Source of the DNA: Raja brachyura
Taxonomy: Eukaryota
DNA length: 64,000 bases
Direction of reading: 5' to 3'
Assembly: GCA_963514005.1 (NCBI GenBank)
Contig: OY740792.1
Coordinates: 34,658,001-34,722,000, forward strand
Shown here: one piece after another, positions 1-13,184 of the stretch
How positions within the stretch are numbered: position 1 is the stretch's first letter
How the letters are laid out: each line of letters starts with the position of its first letter
Notes under the pieces: model-generated
What the model saw: the letters and a program-made list of their open reading frames with translations, nothing else
Databases searched by the model: none
What the model was told of the DNA's origin: nothing
Position numbers and translations under genes: made by a program

Positions 1-349
1 AAGAAATGGAAGGCCTACTCTATTCATTAAGATCATGGCCAATCTTCTAACGCAGTGCAATTATTCAGTACTTTCCCTATATTCCTTGATTCCCTTCATG
101 CCCAGAGATGTATTGATTTATACTGATAAAATATTTATATAATTTGAATGTTCATGGTGACTGAGCTTCCACATCTGTGGAAAATTCCAGTTTACCATTC
201 TCTGCATGAAGAAAATTTACCTGTTCTCCCTGGCTGAAGATAATGAGAATGGAAAAAAAATATCAGGGTGTATGATTCAACTTTTCACTATTACATATAT
301 TTACATTAAAAGCTCAGGTGTAACTAGGGAGAAGGTAGAAGCACTCAAG

Positions 350-2058
350 GAGAGTATGTAGATGAGGCACCTACTTTGCATTCACCAAGGATAAGGACAT
401 GAAGGATAGTGAAATCAGTGTAGGGACCCATCAGTGTTGGGTCTCTTGAAAATCATCATGGTGGATAAATCCCCAGAGACTGGCAGGTTATATCCCAGAT
501 TATTAAAAAACTCCAAGTTCTTTGTATTTTCTCTAGCTATCAGTGAGGTTCTGGATGACTTGTGATTAGTCAACATCGTTGTTCCTTTGTTTAAAAGGAA
601 AAGATAATTCAGGCTGATGAGCCTCAAGTCAGTGGTGGAGAAACTATAGAGAGGATGCTTCAAGATAGGATTTGATCTCATTGGGAAGCGAAGGTGATTG
701 ATGAGGGTAGGTAACTGGATGTTGTCTACATGGATTTTAGTAAGGTGCCTGTTAGTCTCTCAGCTTATTCAGAAGAGTAAGATGCATAAGATTCATAGTG
801 ACTTTTATTTTAAATTGAGATCTGGCTTACAAAAGGAAGCAATTGAAGGGTTTTATTCTGGCTGGAGGTTTAGTTTAATTTAGAGAGATACAGTGCAGAA
901 ACAGGCCCTTCACGCCAACCAGCGATCCCCGCACATTAACACTATCCTACACCCAGGAGGAACAATTTTTACATTTACCAAGCCAATTAACCTACAAACC
1001 TGTACATCTTTGGAATGTGGGAGGAAACCGAAGATCTCGGAGAAAACCCACGCAGGTCACGGAGAGAACGTACAGACTCCGTACAGACTCTGTGGCCAGT
1101 GGTGTTCTGCACGGATCTACCATGTGAACTTGAATATAGATGGGTAGGTTAGTATGTTTGCAGATGATATTGAAATTGGGGGAGTCATGTTAGTGATGAA
1201 GCGTGCCAAAGGATACAGCGGGATATTAGTTACAAATATCGATGGCGGTATGACAGATGGAGTTTCATCCAAGCAAGTCTGGAGTGTTGCACTTTGGGAG
1301 GTTGAATGTAAGGAGTAAGTATATAGTTAATGTCAAGGCCTTTAACAGCATAGATGTACAGAGAGCTTTTGGGTTCCAAGTTCATAACTCCCGGAAAGTA
1401 GCAATGCAAGTGGATAGAGTGGTAAAGAAGGTGTACGATCTGCTTGCCTTTATTAGAAGGGGCATCGAGTCGGGCAGTCATGTTATAGCTTTATAAAACT
1501 TTGGTTATGCTGCGCTTGGAGTATTGTCAGCATGTCTGGTCATCCCATTACAGGACGGGTATGGAGGCTTTGTAAAGAGTACGGCTGAGGTTTCCAGAAT
1601 GCCGCCTGGGTTCAAGGGTATTAGTTATAAGGAGAAGTTGGACAAACTTGGATTGTTTTATCTGGAGTGTCGGAAGTTGAGGGAAGACCTGATAGAAGTA
1701 TAGATGCATAGATAGAGTGAACAGTCGGAACCTTTTTGCTGGGATGGACATGTCAAAGCTTAGTTGGCGAAGCTTTAAGTTCAGAGAGAGAGTCTAAAGG
1801 AGATATGTGGGGCAAGTTCTTACATAGTGGTGAGTGCTTGGAATGTGCTGCCATGGGGTGGTAGTAAAAGCAGTACAATAGTGATGTTTAAAAGGCTTTT
1901 AGGTAGGCAAGTGGATATGCAGGAATGGAAAGGATATAGATTGGAGGGTTAGAGGCGGGCACAGGAGAATAGTTTAAATTGGCGTCATGTTCGGCACAGC
2001 TATTGTGGATTGAAGGGCTGTGCCTGTGCCGTATAGTTCTTTCTCTTTCTGTTTCTTG
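350..2058 (+). mobile_element. Degenerate CR1/HER1-type LINE (RT fragments and 3' end), interrupted by a SINE
   Basis: CR1 ORF2 remnants (MEFHPSKSGVLHFGR...VDRVVKK, ORF 1257-1496); CR1 3' UTR ending in a short TTC-type tail near 2040-2058. Confidence 0.8.
868..1088 (-). mobile_element. HE1-type V-SINE (5'-truncated)
   Basis: V-domain read on + as gtgggaggaaaccgaagatctcggagaaaacccacgcaggtcacggagagaacgtacagactcc; CR1-like 3' end and (TAAAC)n tail; splits the CR1. Confidence 0.75.
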
Positions 2059-3469
2059 ACAGCTGTTTTAAATAGTGTTTGAAAGTTTTTTGGTGACACT
2101 CGTGTGACTTATTTTAGTTGGGAATAGACAGTTGCAAAGAGATATAGATGGGCTAAGTCGGGGAATATTATACCACAGAAACTGGCCCCTCGGCCCATGG
2201 TGTCCATATTGTTATCAAGTAGCCATCTATATTAATCTCAATGGACAGCACTGTGTCTAGCCTACTATGTATTGATGATTCAGGTGCTCATCTAGATTAT
2301 TGAGTGTTGTTTGAGTACCTGCTGCCTCCATTCAATCAGGTGGGTGGAGGCAGTGCTTCCATTTACCCAAAGTGAAGGGCTCAAATTTGGAGTATTTGGA
2401 TTTAAATTGGAGAAGCACAAGGTCAAATATTTTGGATGCAAGAAACATATTTTCGGAATGGTGATAAAACAAGAAATGTGGCCAAATAGAGATTAAAGAG
2501 TTACGGTAATTCAAGTAAGGTATAAAAATGATTCAAAGGGCTATGAAATGTTAATCTTGATCTCCAGTGTCCTGTGGTACGAAGGATGAAAGATATAAAG
2601 TTGGCTGGAGTTGCAGTCTTATTGCAACTGGAATGCAGAGCAAGGGAGGGAAAGACTTGCTAAGCCATGATATAATTGAAAGGTGGACCAGGCATAAATC
2701 TTTCTGATCTTCAATTAATGTCCCTCCAGTTCCTACATTTAACCGTCTTCCTCCTGGTTTGTCGCAGTGTTTGGCTGGTGCAGGCTAGGGCAACAGGGAG
2801 TCCAACCCAGACTTGTCTAACTAACCTTTCACTCTGGATCACTCCATGTTCTTATCGTAGAAGATAGGAGGATGTTCTGCATTCTATGAAGTTACTGGTA
2901 TTTGCTAAGTACCTATTTGCTCAGATTAGAAAGTCTCTTCATCAACAACCTTCTTGCTGGCATCTACAGTATCTAGTGCCTCCATTCTACTGCTCCACTG
3001 CAAAATCTCCTCAAAGTTTGGTTCCTTTGCAGAAGTTATCCTCTCTCCGATAGGTCTTTGAGACCTTCTCTCACTGCTCCCCTTCTGTGATTTCTGCTGC
3101 TCTTCTGAGTGTCCCATTTCCCTCCACAGCTGTTTGACCTGCTGGATTCCTCTGCCACTTTGTTTTATTGCTCTTGATTCCAGAATCTGGTCTTTGTGCC
3201 TTCATTCTCGCTTTCAAAGTTTTTTGCTAACCTAATGTGGCTCAGTCAAATATGACAGTACAGGTTAAGTTATCCTTGTGATCCCATTAGTCCTGCTTAA
3301 AAAAAGAGTACTATAACTATCAACAGAGGCAGAATCCTACTGCTTCTCCAGAGGACCTGTTTTTGAATGAGGGGATAGGTTGATTACGTAAGTTGCTGTG
3401 TTCAAGCATTTTCCATTCAAGTCCTATTTATTTCCATTTCCTCACACTAAACATGGTGACTATTTATAA

Positions 3470-4145
3470 AACAATAAGTGCAGGAATTGGCCATTCGGCC
3501 CTTCGAGCCATTCAATGTGACCATGGCTGATCATCCCCAATCAGTACCCCTTTCCTGCCTTCTCCCCATATCCCCTGACTCCGCTATCTTTTAGAGTTCT
3601 AATGGCCCTGTCCCAAGAGCTCTCCCGAGTTTGCCCTGATTTGAACTCGGAGATTTACGGTAATGGCTGCTCGTCGGTACTCGGGGCTCTCGTGGACATT
3701 TTTCAACATGTTGAAAAATCTTCACGAGTCTTCCCGAGCTAACCTGCCGTTAGCGAGTCTTCCTGAGTACCGGCCGTTAGCGTTAATAGCCGCTAAGAGA
3801 CGTCCCCGAGCTCCGACGTACCCGCTATGTTCATTCTCCGTGCTTACCACGAGTTTGATTTTTGGTAAACTCGGGAGAGCTCTTGGAATGAACTTGTACC
3901 ACGGGACAGGGCCATTACTCTCTCTTGAAGCATCCATAGAACTGGCCTCAACTGCCTTCTGAGGCAGAGAATTCCACAGACTCACAACTCTCTGTGTGAA
4001 AAAGTGTTTGCTCATCTTAGTTCTAAATGGCTTACCCCTTATTCTTCAACTGTGGGCCCCCTGGTTCTGGACTCCCCCAACATCGGGAACATGTTTCCTG
4101 TCTCTGGCGTTTCCAAACTCTTAATAATTTTATATGTTTCAATGT
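3470..4145 (-). mobile_element. CR1/HER1 3' fragment split by a MITE
   Basis: FFTQRVVSLWNSLPQKAVEA motif; CR1 3' UTR (ggccattcggcccttcgagcc). Confidence 0.85.
3602..3915. mobile_element. Non-autonomous DNA transposon (MITE), copy 1
   Basis: Terminal inverted repeats atggccctgtccc/gggacagggccat flanked by TA; homologous inverted copy at 28674-29004. Confidence 0.85.
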
Positions 4146-4924
4146 TTTTGTGGGATATCCATTAACGGAGAGCTTTGTTCAAAATCAGCAAAGATACAAA
4201 TTTTCTTACTGAGTGTACAAGAGGTGCAGGACTGTTGGTGCACACTGGGTGGCAACATCTGCATGTACAATACCCGACAAGGTAATTTGGATTTGGAATG
4301 TTTTATGAGCTTGTTATATGTAGTTGTGTTTGCTTTGATTTCTTAATACCCCAGTATGCAATTGATTTTCAAAACTTGTGTTTTGAAAAATGCTCTATCT
4401 GTTTTCTTAAATATTAGATATGGGTGAATGTTACTGTAAACCCCAAGCAGTAAAATACCTAATAATTACATGGCTAATCGTGTTGCAATATGTGGAAGCC
4501 CTGTGGCCCAGCTTATGAGATCTGAAAGAATCGTTAGTTCTGTGTGAAGAGCAGAGAAGTTCTGGATTCCTGACCAACATTCCGCCTTCAGGCAGCATTA
4601 CTAAAACATTATCTGGTTATAATCTTGTACTCAGTCTTTACTGAGCATGTATTTATCCAGTTAGAAAATTGCACAAAACAAAGCTGCACATTCAGTTCTA
4701 ATTATAAAACAGTCACTGTGTGTACAGTTAAACTCTGGCTCCTGATTGACCATAACTCTGCTATTCTGGTATTTTGTGTCCTGTTGAGTTTATTGCCGTA
4801 CATTATTATATGACCAGAAACAGGCCTGGAATGCTTTATATTTCCCGTTTCCTTGAAACTCGGCGGGTTTGAGATAATTTATTATACTGCTGTGTAACAT
4901 AACATAAAAATGAAATAAGTAATT

Positions 4925-6226
4925 GTCATACAGCATGGAGACCGGCCCTTCAGCCCAACTTGCCCATGTCGACCAAGCAGCCCCATCTACAGTAGTCCCA
5001 CCTGTCTGCGTTTGGACTGTACCCCTCTAAACTTTCCTGTTCATGTGCCTGTTCAAATGTCTTTTAATTGTTGTTACAGGATCTGCCTCAACTACCTCAT
5101 CTGGCAGCTTATTCCATATACCCACTACCCTCTTTGTGGGAAAGGTTTCCCCTCAGATTCCTATTAAATCTTTCCACTCTCACTGGTCACCTACGTCCTC
5201 TGGTTCTTGATTCCACTACTCTGGGTAAAAGAATATGCATCTACTTTATTTCCCTCATGACCATATGCACCTCTATAAGATCAACCCTCACCCTCCTGCT
5301 CTCCAAGGAATAAAGCCCTAGCCTGCTCAACCTTTTCCTATAGCTCAGGCTCTCGTTCACACAACATCTTCATGAATATTCTCTGCACTCTTTCCAGTTT
5401 AACAACATTTTTCCTATAGCAATGTGACCAAAACAGAACACAATATTTCAAATGTGCTCCCCCCGCCCACCCCAAACGTCTTGTGCAACTGTAACGTAAC
5501 ATTCCAACTTCTATACTCAGTACCTTAACTGATGAAGGCCAATCTGCCGAATGCCTTCTTGACCACCGTATCTACCTGTGACACGACATTCAAGGAACCA
5601 TGTACATGATTTCCTAGATCCCTCTGCTCTATAATACTTCCCAGAGGCCCTCCATTTACTGTGAAGGTCCTGCCCCGGTTTGACTTCCCAAAATGCATCC
5701 ACTCACTATCTGCATAAGACTCCTTGGCCCACTTGCCCAAATAATTAAGATCCTGTTGTGAACTTTGTTGGTCATCTTCCCTATATACGATACCACCAAT
5801 AACAATTAGTGTTATCTGCAAACTTACTAATCGTGCCTTGTACATTCTCATTCAAATTGTTGATATAAACCACAAACAGCAAAGGGCCCAGCACTGATAT
5901 ATGAGGCGCACCACTAGTCACAGGCCTCCAGTGTGAAAAACAACCTTCCACCTTCATCCTCTGCTTCCTTCGAATAAGCCAATTTTCTATCCAGTCGGTT
6001 CGCTCTCCTTAGATGCCATGTGATCTAACCTTACAGAGCAGCCTACCATGCAGATCGTTGTCAAATACCTTCCTGAAATCCATACATACAATGTCTATAG
6101 CTCTACCCTCGTTAAGCTTTTTGGTTACAAAATATTCGGATCAGACTCGTGAGACACTATCTCCTATGCTGGGTATCCCTAATCAGCCCCTGTTTATCTC
6201 AATGCGTCCATTAGAATACTCTTCAG
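4925..6226 (-). mobile_element. CR1 LINE, 3' part (host of the L1 insertion)
   Basis: CR1 RT C-terminal peptides (HFGKSNRGRTFTVNG...VDTVVKKAFG, ORF 5525-5851); continues at 9270. Confidence 0.85.
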
Positions 6227-9200
6227 CACGACAACTTAGAAAATTAGAAGATGAAAAATTGATACATAGAATTAGATCTGCGGATGGCGATACCAAAAGA
6301 TATTAATGACAGATTTCTACAATATTATCAAAATCTTTATTCATCTAAATTAACAGGACAAACAGTTGGTATGGAAACATTCCTACAAGAGTGTCAAATT
6401 AACAGTCTAGATCAGGAAGGTAGACATTTGTTAAACGCTGAAATAACAGTAAAAGATATTGAAGAATCAATTAGTTCGTTAAAGAATGGAAAAGCAGCGG
6501 GCCCTGATGGCCTGAGTGCAGAATTTTATAAAAAAGTTCTAGACCTGATTTCCCCAAGATTATATACAGTATATAGATATGCATATGAACAAGGCAAATT
6601 ACCAGATTCTTTAAACGAATCCACAATTACACTCATTCCTAAGGTAGATAAGGATTTGGAAGATCCAGGATCATATAGAGCGATCGCACTTCTAAATACA
6701 GACCAAAAAATATTAACTAAAGTTTTATCTCAGAGATTAAGTTTAGTGATTTCTAAATTAATACATCATGATCAAACAGGTTTTATTCCAAAACGCTATT
6801 CATCCCATAATCTCAGACGCTTGTTTAATATTATATATTCAAAAAGAGTACGGGACAGGGAATTAGCAGTTGTATCGCTAGATGCAGAAAAGGCATTCGA
6901 TCAGGTGGAATGGTTATATTTATTTAATATAATGGAAAAGTTTCAATTGGGGGATAGATTCTGTAAATGGATAAGAATTTTATATTTGAATCCAACGGCA
7001 AGAATCTTAACTAATCAAATATTATCAGCTAAATTTAAGCTCTCTAGGGGATGTAGACAGGGATGTCCGTTATCGCCTTTACTATTTGCTTTGATGATAG
7101 AGCCTTTGGCGGAAAGAATTAGATCTGAACCTGAAATATACGGCTATAATACTGACACAACAACTAACAAAATATCTTTATATGCAGATGACGTTTTGAT
7201 TTATATTACAAAACCGGAAATTAGTATACCTAAGCTGTTTAATGTTATAACTAAATTTGGCACATTTTCAGGATTTAGGATTAATTGGAACAAAAGTGAT
7301 ATTATGCCTATAACAGGAATTAATTTAAATATATTACAACAATATCCATTAAAAATAGTTACAGACAAATTTAAATATTTAGGAATTAATGTAACTAAAT
7401 CTTATAATTCACTAATTAAATCTAATTACCCTCTATTATTAGATAAACTTAAAAAAAATATTCTGTATTGGAAAACACTTCCTATATCCATGATTGGTAG
7501 AATAAATGCTATAAAGATGGTGTTTTTACCACAATTATTATATTTGTTTCAGGCTATTCCTTTTTTTCTCCCAAAGACTTAAAAAAAAATAGATAATATT
7601 ATTTATAGTTTTATTTGGGATTATAAAAATCATAGAATAAGTAAAAAACATTTATGTAAATCTAAGATAAACGGAGGATTAGCACTTCCAAATTTTTTAT
7701 ATTATTTTTGGGCAGTCCAGATTAAGAATATGAATTTTTGGTGGGTAAATATGGATCATGAACCAATGTGGTTAAAGATGGAAAAGGAAGATTGTTTACC
7801 TTATAATGTAGGCTCGATTCTCTTTGCCCCAAAGGAAGTACAAAAAAAAATTTATAGGGACAACCCTATAATTTATAATAATAGACGTATTTGGAAACAA
7901 ATAGTTAAGACTTTACAGCTAGATAATCTCTCACTCAGACTACCAATAACGAATAACCCATTATTTAAACCCTCTATATTGGATGGAGGGTTTAGACATT
8001 GGGATGATTTAGGAATTAAAAGGATAGAGCACCTTTATAGAAAAGGAAAATTTCTTTTATTCCAAGAGTTACAAGATATCTACGGATTGTCTCCGCAACA
8101 CTTGTTTAAGTACTTAGAAATTAGAGATTATATAAAATCCAACACACAAGATTATAAAAATAAAGTACCAGGATTATTAGATGATTTGTTTAATTTGCAC
8201 CCAAATACAGAAAAATTAATAGCCTATATATAACATAATTTTGGATAAGGAGAATCCAACAACTGAAACATATCGTCAAGCATGGGAAAATGAAATTGGT
8301 TTATCCATAACAAAAGAAAATTGGGAAGAAAGTTTACAGCAAATACATCGGTGTTCGTTAAATGCCAGACATACATTGATACAATTCAAAGTATTATATA
8401 GATTACATTATTCAAAAACTAAATTAAATAGTTTCTTTCCCAATCTCTCTTCAATTTGTGATAAATGTAAGAATTTAGAAGCAAATTTAACACACAGTTT
8501 TGCTACATGTCCCAAATTGAATCACTACTGGACAGAAATTTTTAAGGTTATTTCTGAGGTTCTTAAAATTAGATTGGATCCAGACCCAAAGTTATTAATA
8601 CTTGGAATTTTGGATTCAAATTCGGTACTTACAGTAAATCAAAGAAATTTCTTTGATTACTGTTTGATAATAGGGAAAAAAATCATATTGAAATTTTGGA
8701 AGGGAACATTAACCCCCACAATTAAAATGTGGGCGGCAGAAATGTTGGAGACGTTACAATTAGAAAGAATCAGATTTGTCCTATTGGACAAATATAATAC
8801 CTTCGAACAAATATGGTCTCCATATATACAATATCTAGAGAAGTAGCTGTTCTTGACATCACAGCTTGACGGGTACCCTGCGGGACTTGATGAGAATAAC
8901 ATATTCTTATACTAGGATTAATAGGCATGTCTTCATTGATATTATTATTTGTAATAGTTTTAGATACAATATATTTTGTTGATTTTCATTTATATATATA
9001 TATATAATATCTTTTCACTTTCTGTTAACCTTTTTTCCTTTCTCTATTTTCTTTTTCTCTTTTATATAATCAAATTATTATTTAATCACTCTCTTATTGA
9101 TTTAAAACTACTCTATCCTTATCTTTATTTCCTAAAAAAATAGAAGATAATAACTTTCAACGGGTTATTTAAAAAAATATGGAATTAAGTTGATGTTTGT

Positions 9201-9255
9201 ACAATGTTTACACTATTGTAAATTGATTACTTCTAATAAAATAAATTAAATAAAA
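6227..9255 (+). mobile_element. 5'-truncated L1-clade LINE with nearly intact ORF2 (RT plus C-terminal CCHC)
   Basis: ORFs 6284-7582, 7730-8233 and 8241-8846 contain KAAGPDG, DAEKAFD, RQGCPLSPLLF, YADD and CDKC..H..C, with GGLALPN in the in-frame gap after 7582; AATAAA and A-rich tail; 14-bp TSD agaatactcttcag at 6213-6226 and 9256-9269; TT|AGAA nick site. Confidence 0.95.
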
Positions 9256-9269
9256 AGAATACTCTTCAG

Positions 9270-10370
9270 TAACTTGCTTCCAGATGTTAGGCTCACTGGT
9301 CTCTAGTTTCTAGGCTTTTTCTTGCAGCGCTTCATAAATACTGTGTACAACTGTCCAAGCCGCGGAGTGTGTTTGACCATCCCAACGAGAGGGCCTGTAC
9401 ATCGGCCGCCGGTAGCGTGGACTGCAAAGGGTTTTATGGCCCCGATCATGGGTGAACAAGGAGGAGGACTGACTGTACTTTGTCCCTTCCACCACAGTGA
9501 AGAATGGTGTGGTGGATATTTGTGTTAAATCTTATTGTGTATTGTGTGTTCTTTTTTAATTGTACCGCTGCTGGTAAATTCATTTCACTGCACCTTTGGG
9601 TGTATGTGACAAATAAAATTGACTATTGACTAAATAGAGGCCCAACATTAGCCACTTTCCAGTCTTCTAACACCTCGCACGTACTTAATGGTGATTCGTA
9701 TATCTCCGCCAGGGCGCCTGCAATTTATTCTCTTGCTTCCCACAGTGTCCTCTAATATATCTAATCTGGCCCGAGAAATTTAATATTCCTTGGGGTGTTC
9801 ATCACCTGCTCAACCGTAATACTGAATGACCTCAAGACACTTCCATTGACTGTCCCTAGTTCCCCATTCTTCATGTCTTTCACTATGGTAAAGTACTTGT
9901 TGAGGACCTTGCCCATCTCTTGTGGCACCACACAGAGATGTCTCCTTTGGTTTCTAAGGGCCCTATTCTCTCTCTAGTTACCCTCTTTCCCTTAATGTAC
10001 CAATAAAATATTTTTCTTAATATTTTGTGGCCCCCTTTATGGCCATCTCTTGTGGCCCCCTTGTTGCCCTCCTGGTTTCTTTATTTAGCGTGCTCCTCAG
10101 TTCCCGGAACTCCTTCAGGAATACCCTTGATCCCAGCTGTCTATATCAATCTCATGTCTCTTTCCCGGCCAGAGCTTCAATTTCCCTCATCATCCAAACT
10201 TCCTTACACCCACCTGCTTGCCCTTCACTCCAACAGGAAATGCATGCCTTGATTTCAAGCTCGCCCACGAACACATCAGTCACTTGTCCTTCCCAATTTC
10301 CTAAGAGTAGATCAAACTTTGCCCTCTCCAATGTAGGGCCCTCTATACATCACCCAAAGATACTTTCCTG
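9270..10370 (-). mobile_element. Continuation of the CR1 LINE (degenerate EN/RT)
   Basis: Resumes after the L1 TSD; antisense EDWKVANV-like segment at about 9640-9670. Confidence 0.7.
9341..9630 (+). mobile_element. Non-coding retroposon with Rex1-like 3' tail (5'-truncated)
   Basis: 6-bp TSD taaata (9335-9340 and 9631-9636); tail atttcactgcacc...tgtgacaaataaa; homologous to 29260-29950. Confidence 0.75.
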
Positions 10371-10800
10371 AACAAATGTGATAAACTCTGCCCCAACATC
10401 CCTTCACCATTCATACGGACATCCAGCTTCTCACCCATCTCATTCCTGCATTGGATCTTAATCTCCCCCCCCCCCCCCCCCACCACCAATCTAGTTTAAA
10501 CCCACCTATGTAGCACTAGCAAACCTGCCTGCCAAGCTATTGGTTCCCCTGATGTTCAGGTGCAACTCATCCCTCTTGTGCAGGTCACCACTGCCCCAGA
10601 AGAGATCCCGATTGTACAAGCTGAATCACTTTCACCTGCACCAACTCCTCAGAATCGCGTTCCTCTGTCCCATCTTCCTGTTCATACACTCACTAGCACG
10701 TGGTACTGGGAGTAATTCTGACATCACTATCCTGGTGGTCCTGCTTTTCAGCCTTTTTGCCTAACTCCCTAAAATCATTTTGCAGTGTGTCAATATGGAC
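10370..10800 (-). mobile_element. CR1 ORF1 (SGNH esterase-like) remnant
   Basis: Antisense RDELHLN, matching the DGLHLN block of CR1 ORF1 esterases, at about 10555-10575. Confidence 0.65.
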
Positions 10801-11679
10801 AATTACTTTTGGCTGTGTGCTAATTGCAAGAATAACTGAAGCAATTTGATCAGACTGCCTAGACAGTAAATCCCAAGCCTTCAACCTGTACCATCTAGGA
10901 GGTCAGGAGATGTACAAGAAATTCCCTCCCTCAGCCACCCTATGATTTAAAGTATATCAGCATCCATCCTTGATCGGTGAATATCCTGGGAATTTACATC
11001 CATTACGCAAATTAATCTCCCCCCCCCCCTTTCTCATTTGCGCAAAGGATGTTAGAAAACTGTATGCTGACTGCAGGAGTTGAATATGGCTTCTGGCTTC
11101 TCATCCCAAAGGTAATGTCAGATGGTCAGTAAATGTTAGCTTTGATCAAACCAGTCTTCATCCCATTAATATATGAAGTCCACATTTTCCTCAATAAATA
11201 TAAATGTAGGTGGCAATGTAGTGTTCTTCTGAATTGTTGGTAACCTGGATAGTTTGCAAGTCGTAAATGTGACTACAAACTGAGTTCCCACGCAGTAGAA
11301 GATGACTGCAGCCTAGCAGCAGCTGGCAAAGCCATACCACCAGTCTCCCACACGATCGTTCATATTATGTCTGTACATATGTTAGGCATAACCTGGGAAG
11401 GATCAGTAGATGCAGAGCTTCGGACATGGGCGCTTGCATGTTTACAGCTGGCATACTCTTTGAAACTGACTAAGTGCTCACTTTAATAAATTGTGGACAG
11501 AGTACGAGTTGGGGCATGGCAGCCTGGTGCCATCTTCAGCTGATCATTTTCACATTTGTTTCTTCATGCTGCCTGTTTCCAGGTCAGTAATCTCCAGCCA
11601 CACGTCAAATCACATGGAACTTAGTCCCTTTTCTTTCTCGGAAAGTGCCTAACATCTGTGTTCACTTTTTTCCCTGCAG

Positions 11680-11795
11680 GGTAATTGTGCAAACTTAACT
11701 GAAGCACTCGCGATGTATGAGAAGCAGCTGAACAAGCTCTATTGTCCTGTGGAATATTCAAAGAATGTTGTTTGTGTTCCCTCCTACGCAGAATT
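11680..11795 (+). CDS. SMS: Spermine synthase, penultimate coding exon
   Basis: ttttttccctgcag acceptor; 116 nt encoding [38 protein letters not shown](L), matching the human SMS C-terminal [48 protein letters not shown] donor. Confidence 0.95.
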
Positions 11796-13184
11796 GTATC
11801 CTTTTCCAAACTCTCAACCATTTTGCTTTTTAAGTAGCTTTATATCTGAATTTTAAGAAGTTGTATTCTTTTCCTAAATGAGTGCTGTGGTAAATTAATC
11901 AATCCCCAACATATTTGGAGATCATAAGGAGTGTGACATTTGTTCTTGTGAAACTTGCTGAGGGGTGATTGTTATCTGATCCTAGCTTCAGGACATTGAA
12001 GAACTTGGGTCAAGTGTTCAGGAAGAGAAATGAGGTAGGGAGAAGAGCCTGTCGTGAGCTGACCTGTTTCAGCAATTTTTGGCATTGAAATGTTTTGGAG
12101 ATGCGTTCAAATCTTTAGATTTCCTGTGTCTATATTCTCTTCTAGCACTCCACCCTCTAAGCCCTGTGCCCTTCTCTCACGTTGGTTTGGTATGTATCCC
12201 CAGGTTCATACCACTCTGGCTGCGCTTTCAGTTATCCGTGCCCAAAGTTTTGGAATCCCTGCTCAAAATCCACGTTTTATTAATACCTTAATCCATTTTT
12301 ACTAGTTAAAAGCACAACATAAATGCAAGTAATTCGGAGGCACATGGAGTAGAAAGATAAGTGTATTGAAGTTATCCTTTGAGTGAAGTATAATGATCAT
12401 TATTATCAGTAAGATCATGCAATGTTCTGAATTTCTGGGAAAACCTGTCACAAGGATTAATCACAGCCTAATAAGGAATGAAAATATAGAATGTTGGAAA
12501 TACTTTTAGACTATCACTGTGGGAAAATAAACAGTTTATCTTTTCGTGTTGATAGCCTTTCATCAGATAAAGATTGAGAAGAGCACAACTCAACTTCAGT
12601 TCAAAGTGATAAATTGAGAAATAGCTGTTTGAGGAATGGGAATAGAGGTATGGAAAATTAGCTGGGATCATTTACTTACAAGCAAAGAAATGAAACGGCT
12701 ATGGGCGATGTTTTATACATGCGATTCCGTCCAAGATCTGAATGGAGGTACTAACAATGGTGCAGTGACCCGTTATAAAACTGGTAAATTGGAAAGTTGT
12801 GTTGATCTTATTGGTAGCTTTGACTTATGAATTCAGTGACCTTGTGATCTTAGCTCTCAATCACATTATTTGCTTTGGCATGGAAATGGATTGCATTGCA
12901 TCAGGCCTCATCCCCAGATGCTTTCTTGCAGAGTATTGAAATCAAGACATCTTTCTTCATTTTGACCATAACTCCAGCAGTCATAACAATACTTGAAGCT
13001 ACCATTGAGCTCTACCATTAGTGACATATTTCTGGCTCGTTCCCATGGCCCATCAACCTCCTTCCTTATCCACCTCCAATCTAATCTTCAAATTGATAGT
13101 TGCTGCTCAATTGTTAATGGTAGAAATAAATTCCACAGCTTTAGAATATTGGAAAATGTTTATTTTGCTTTTTCTAATCCTGTT

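Noticed and set aside
6284-7582. Host reverse transcriptase or domesticated gene
   Set aside because: Part of a 5'-truncated, TSD-flanked L1 with stops and frameshifts.
1-11679. Upstream SMS exon (DSTWEFLRLILDL...YFTQ-like)
   Set aside because: Not found by eye; probably lies before the window. The candidate donor at about 3263 does not translate to SMS.
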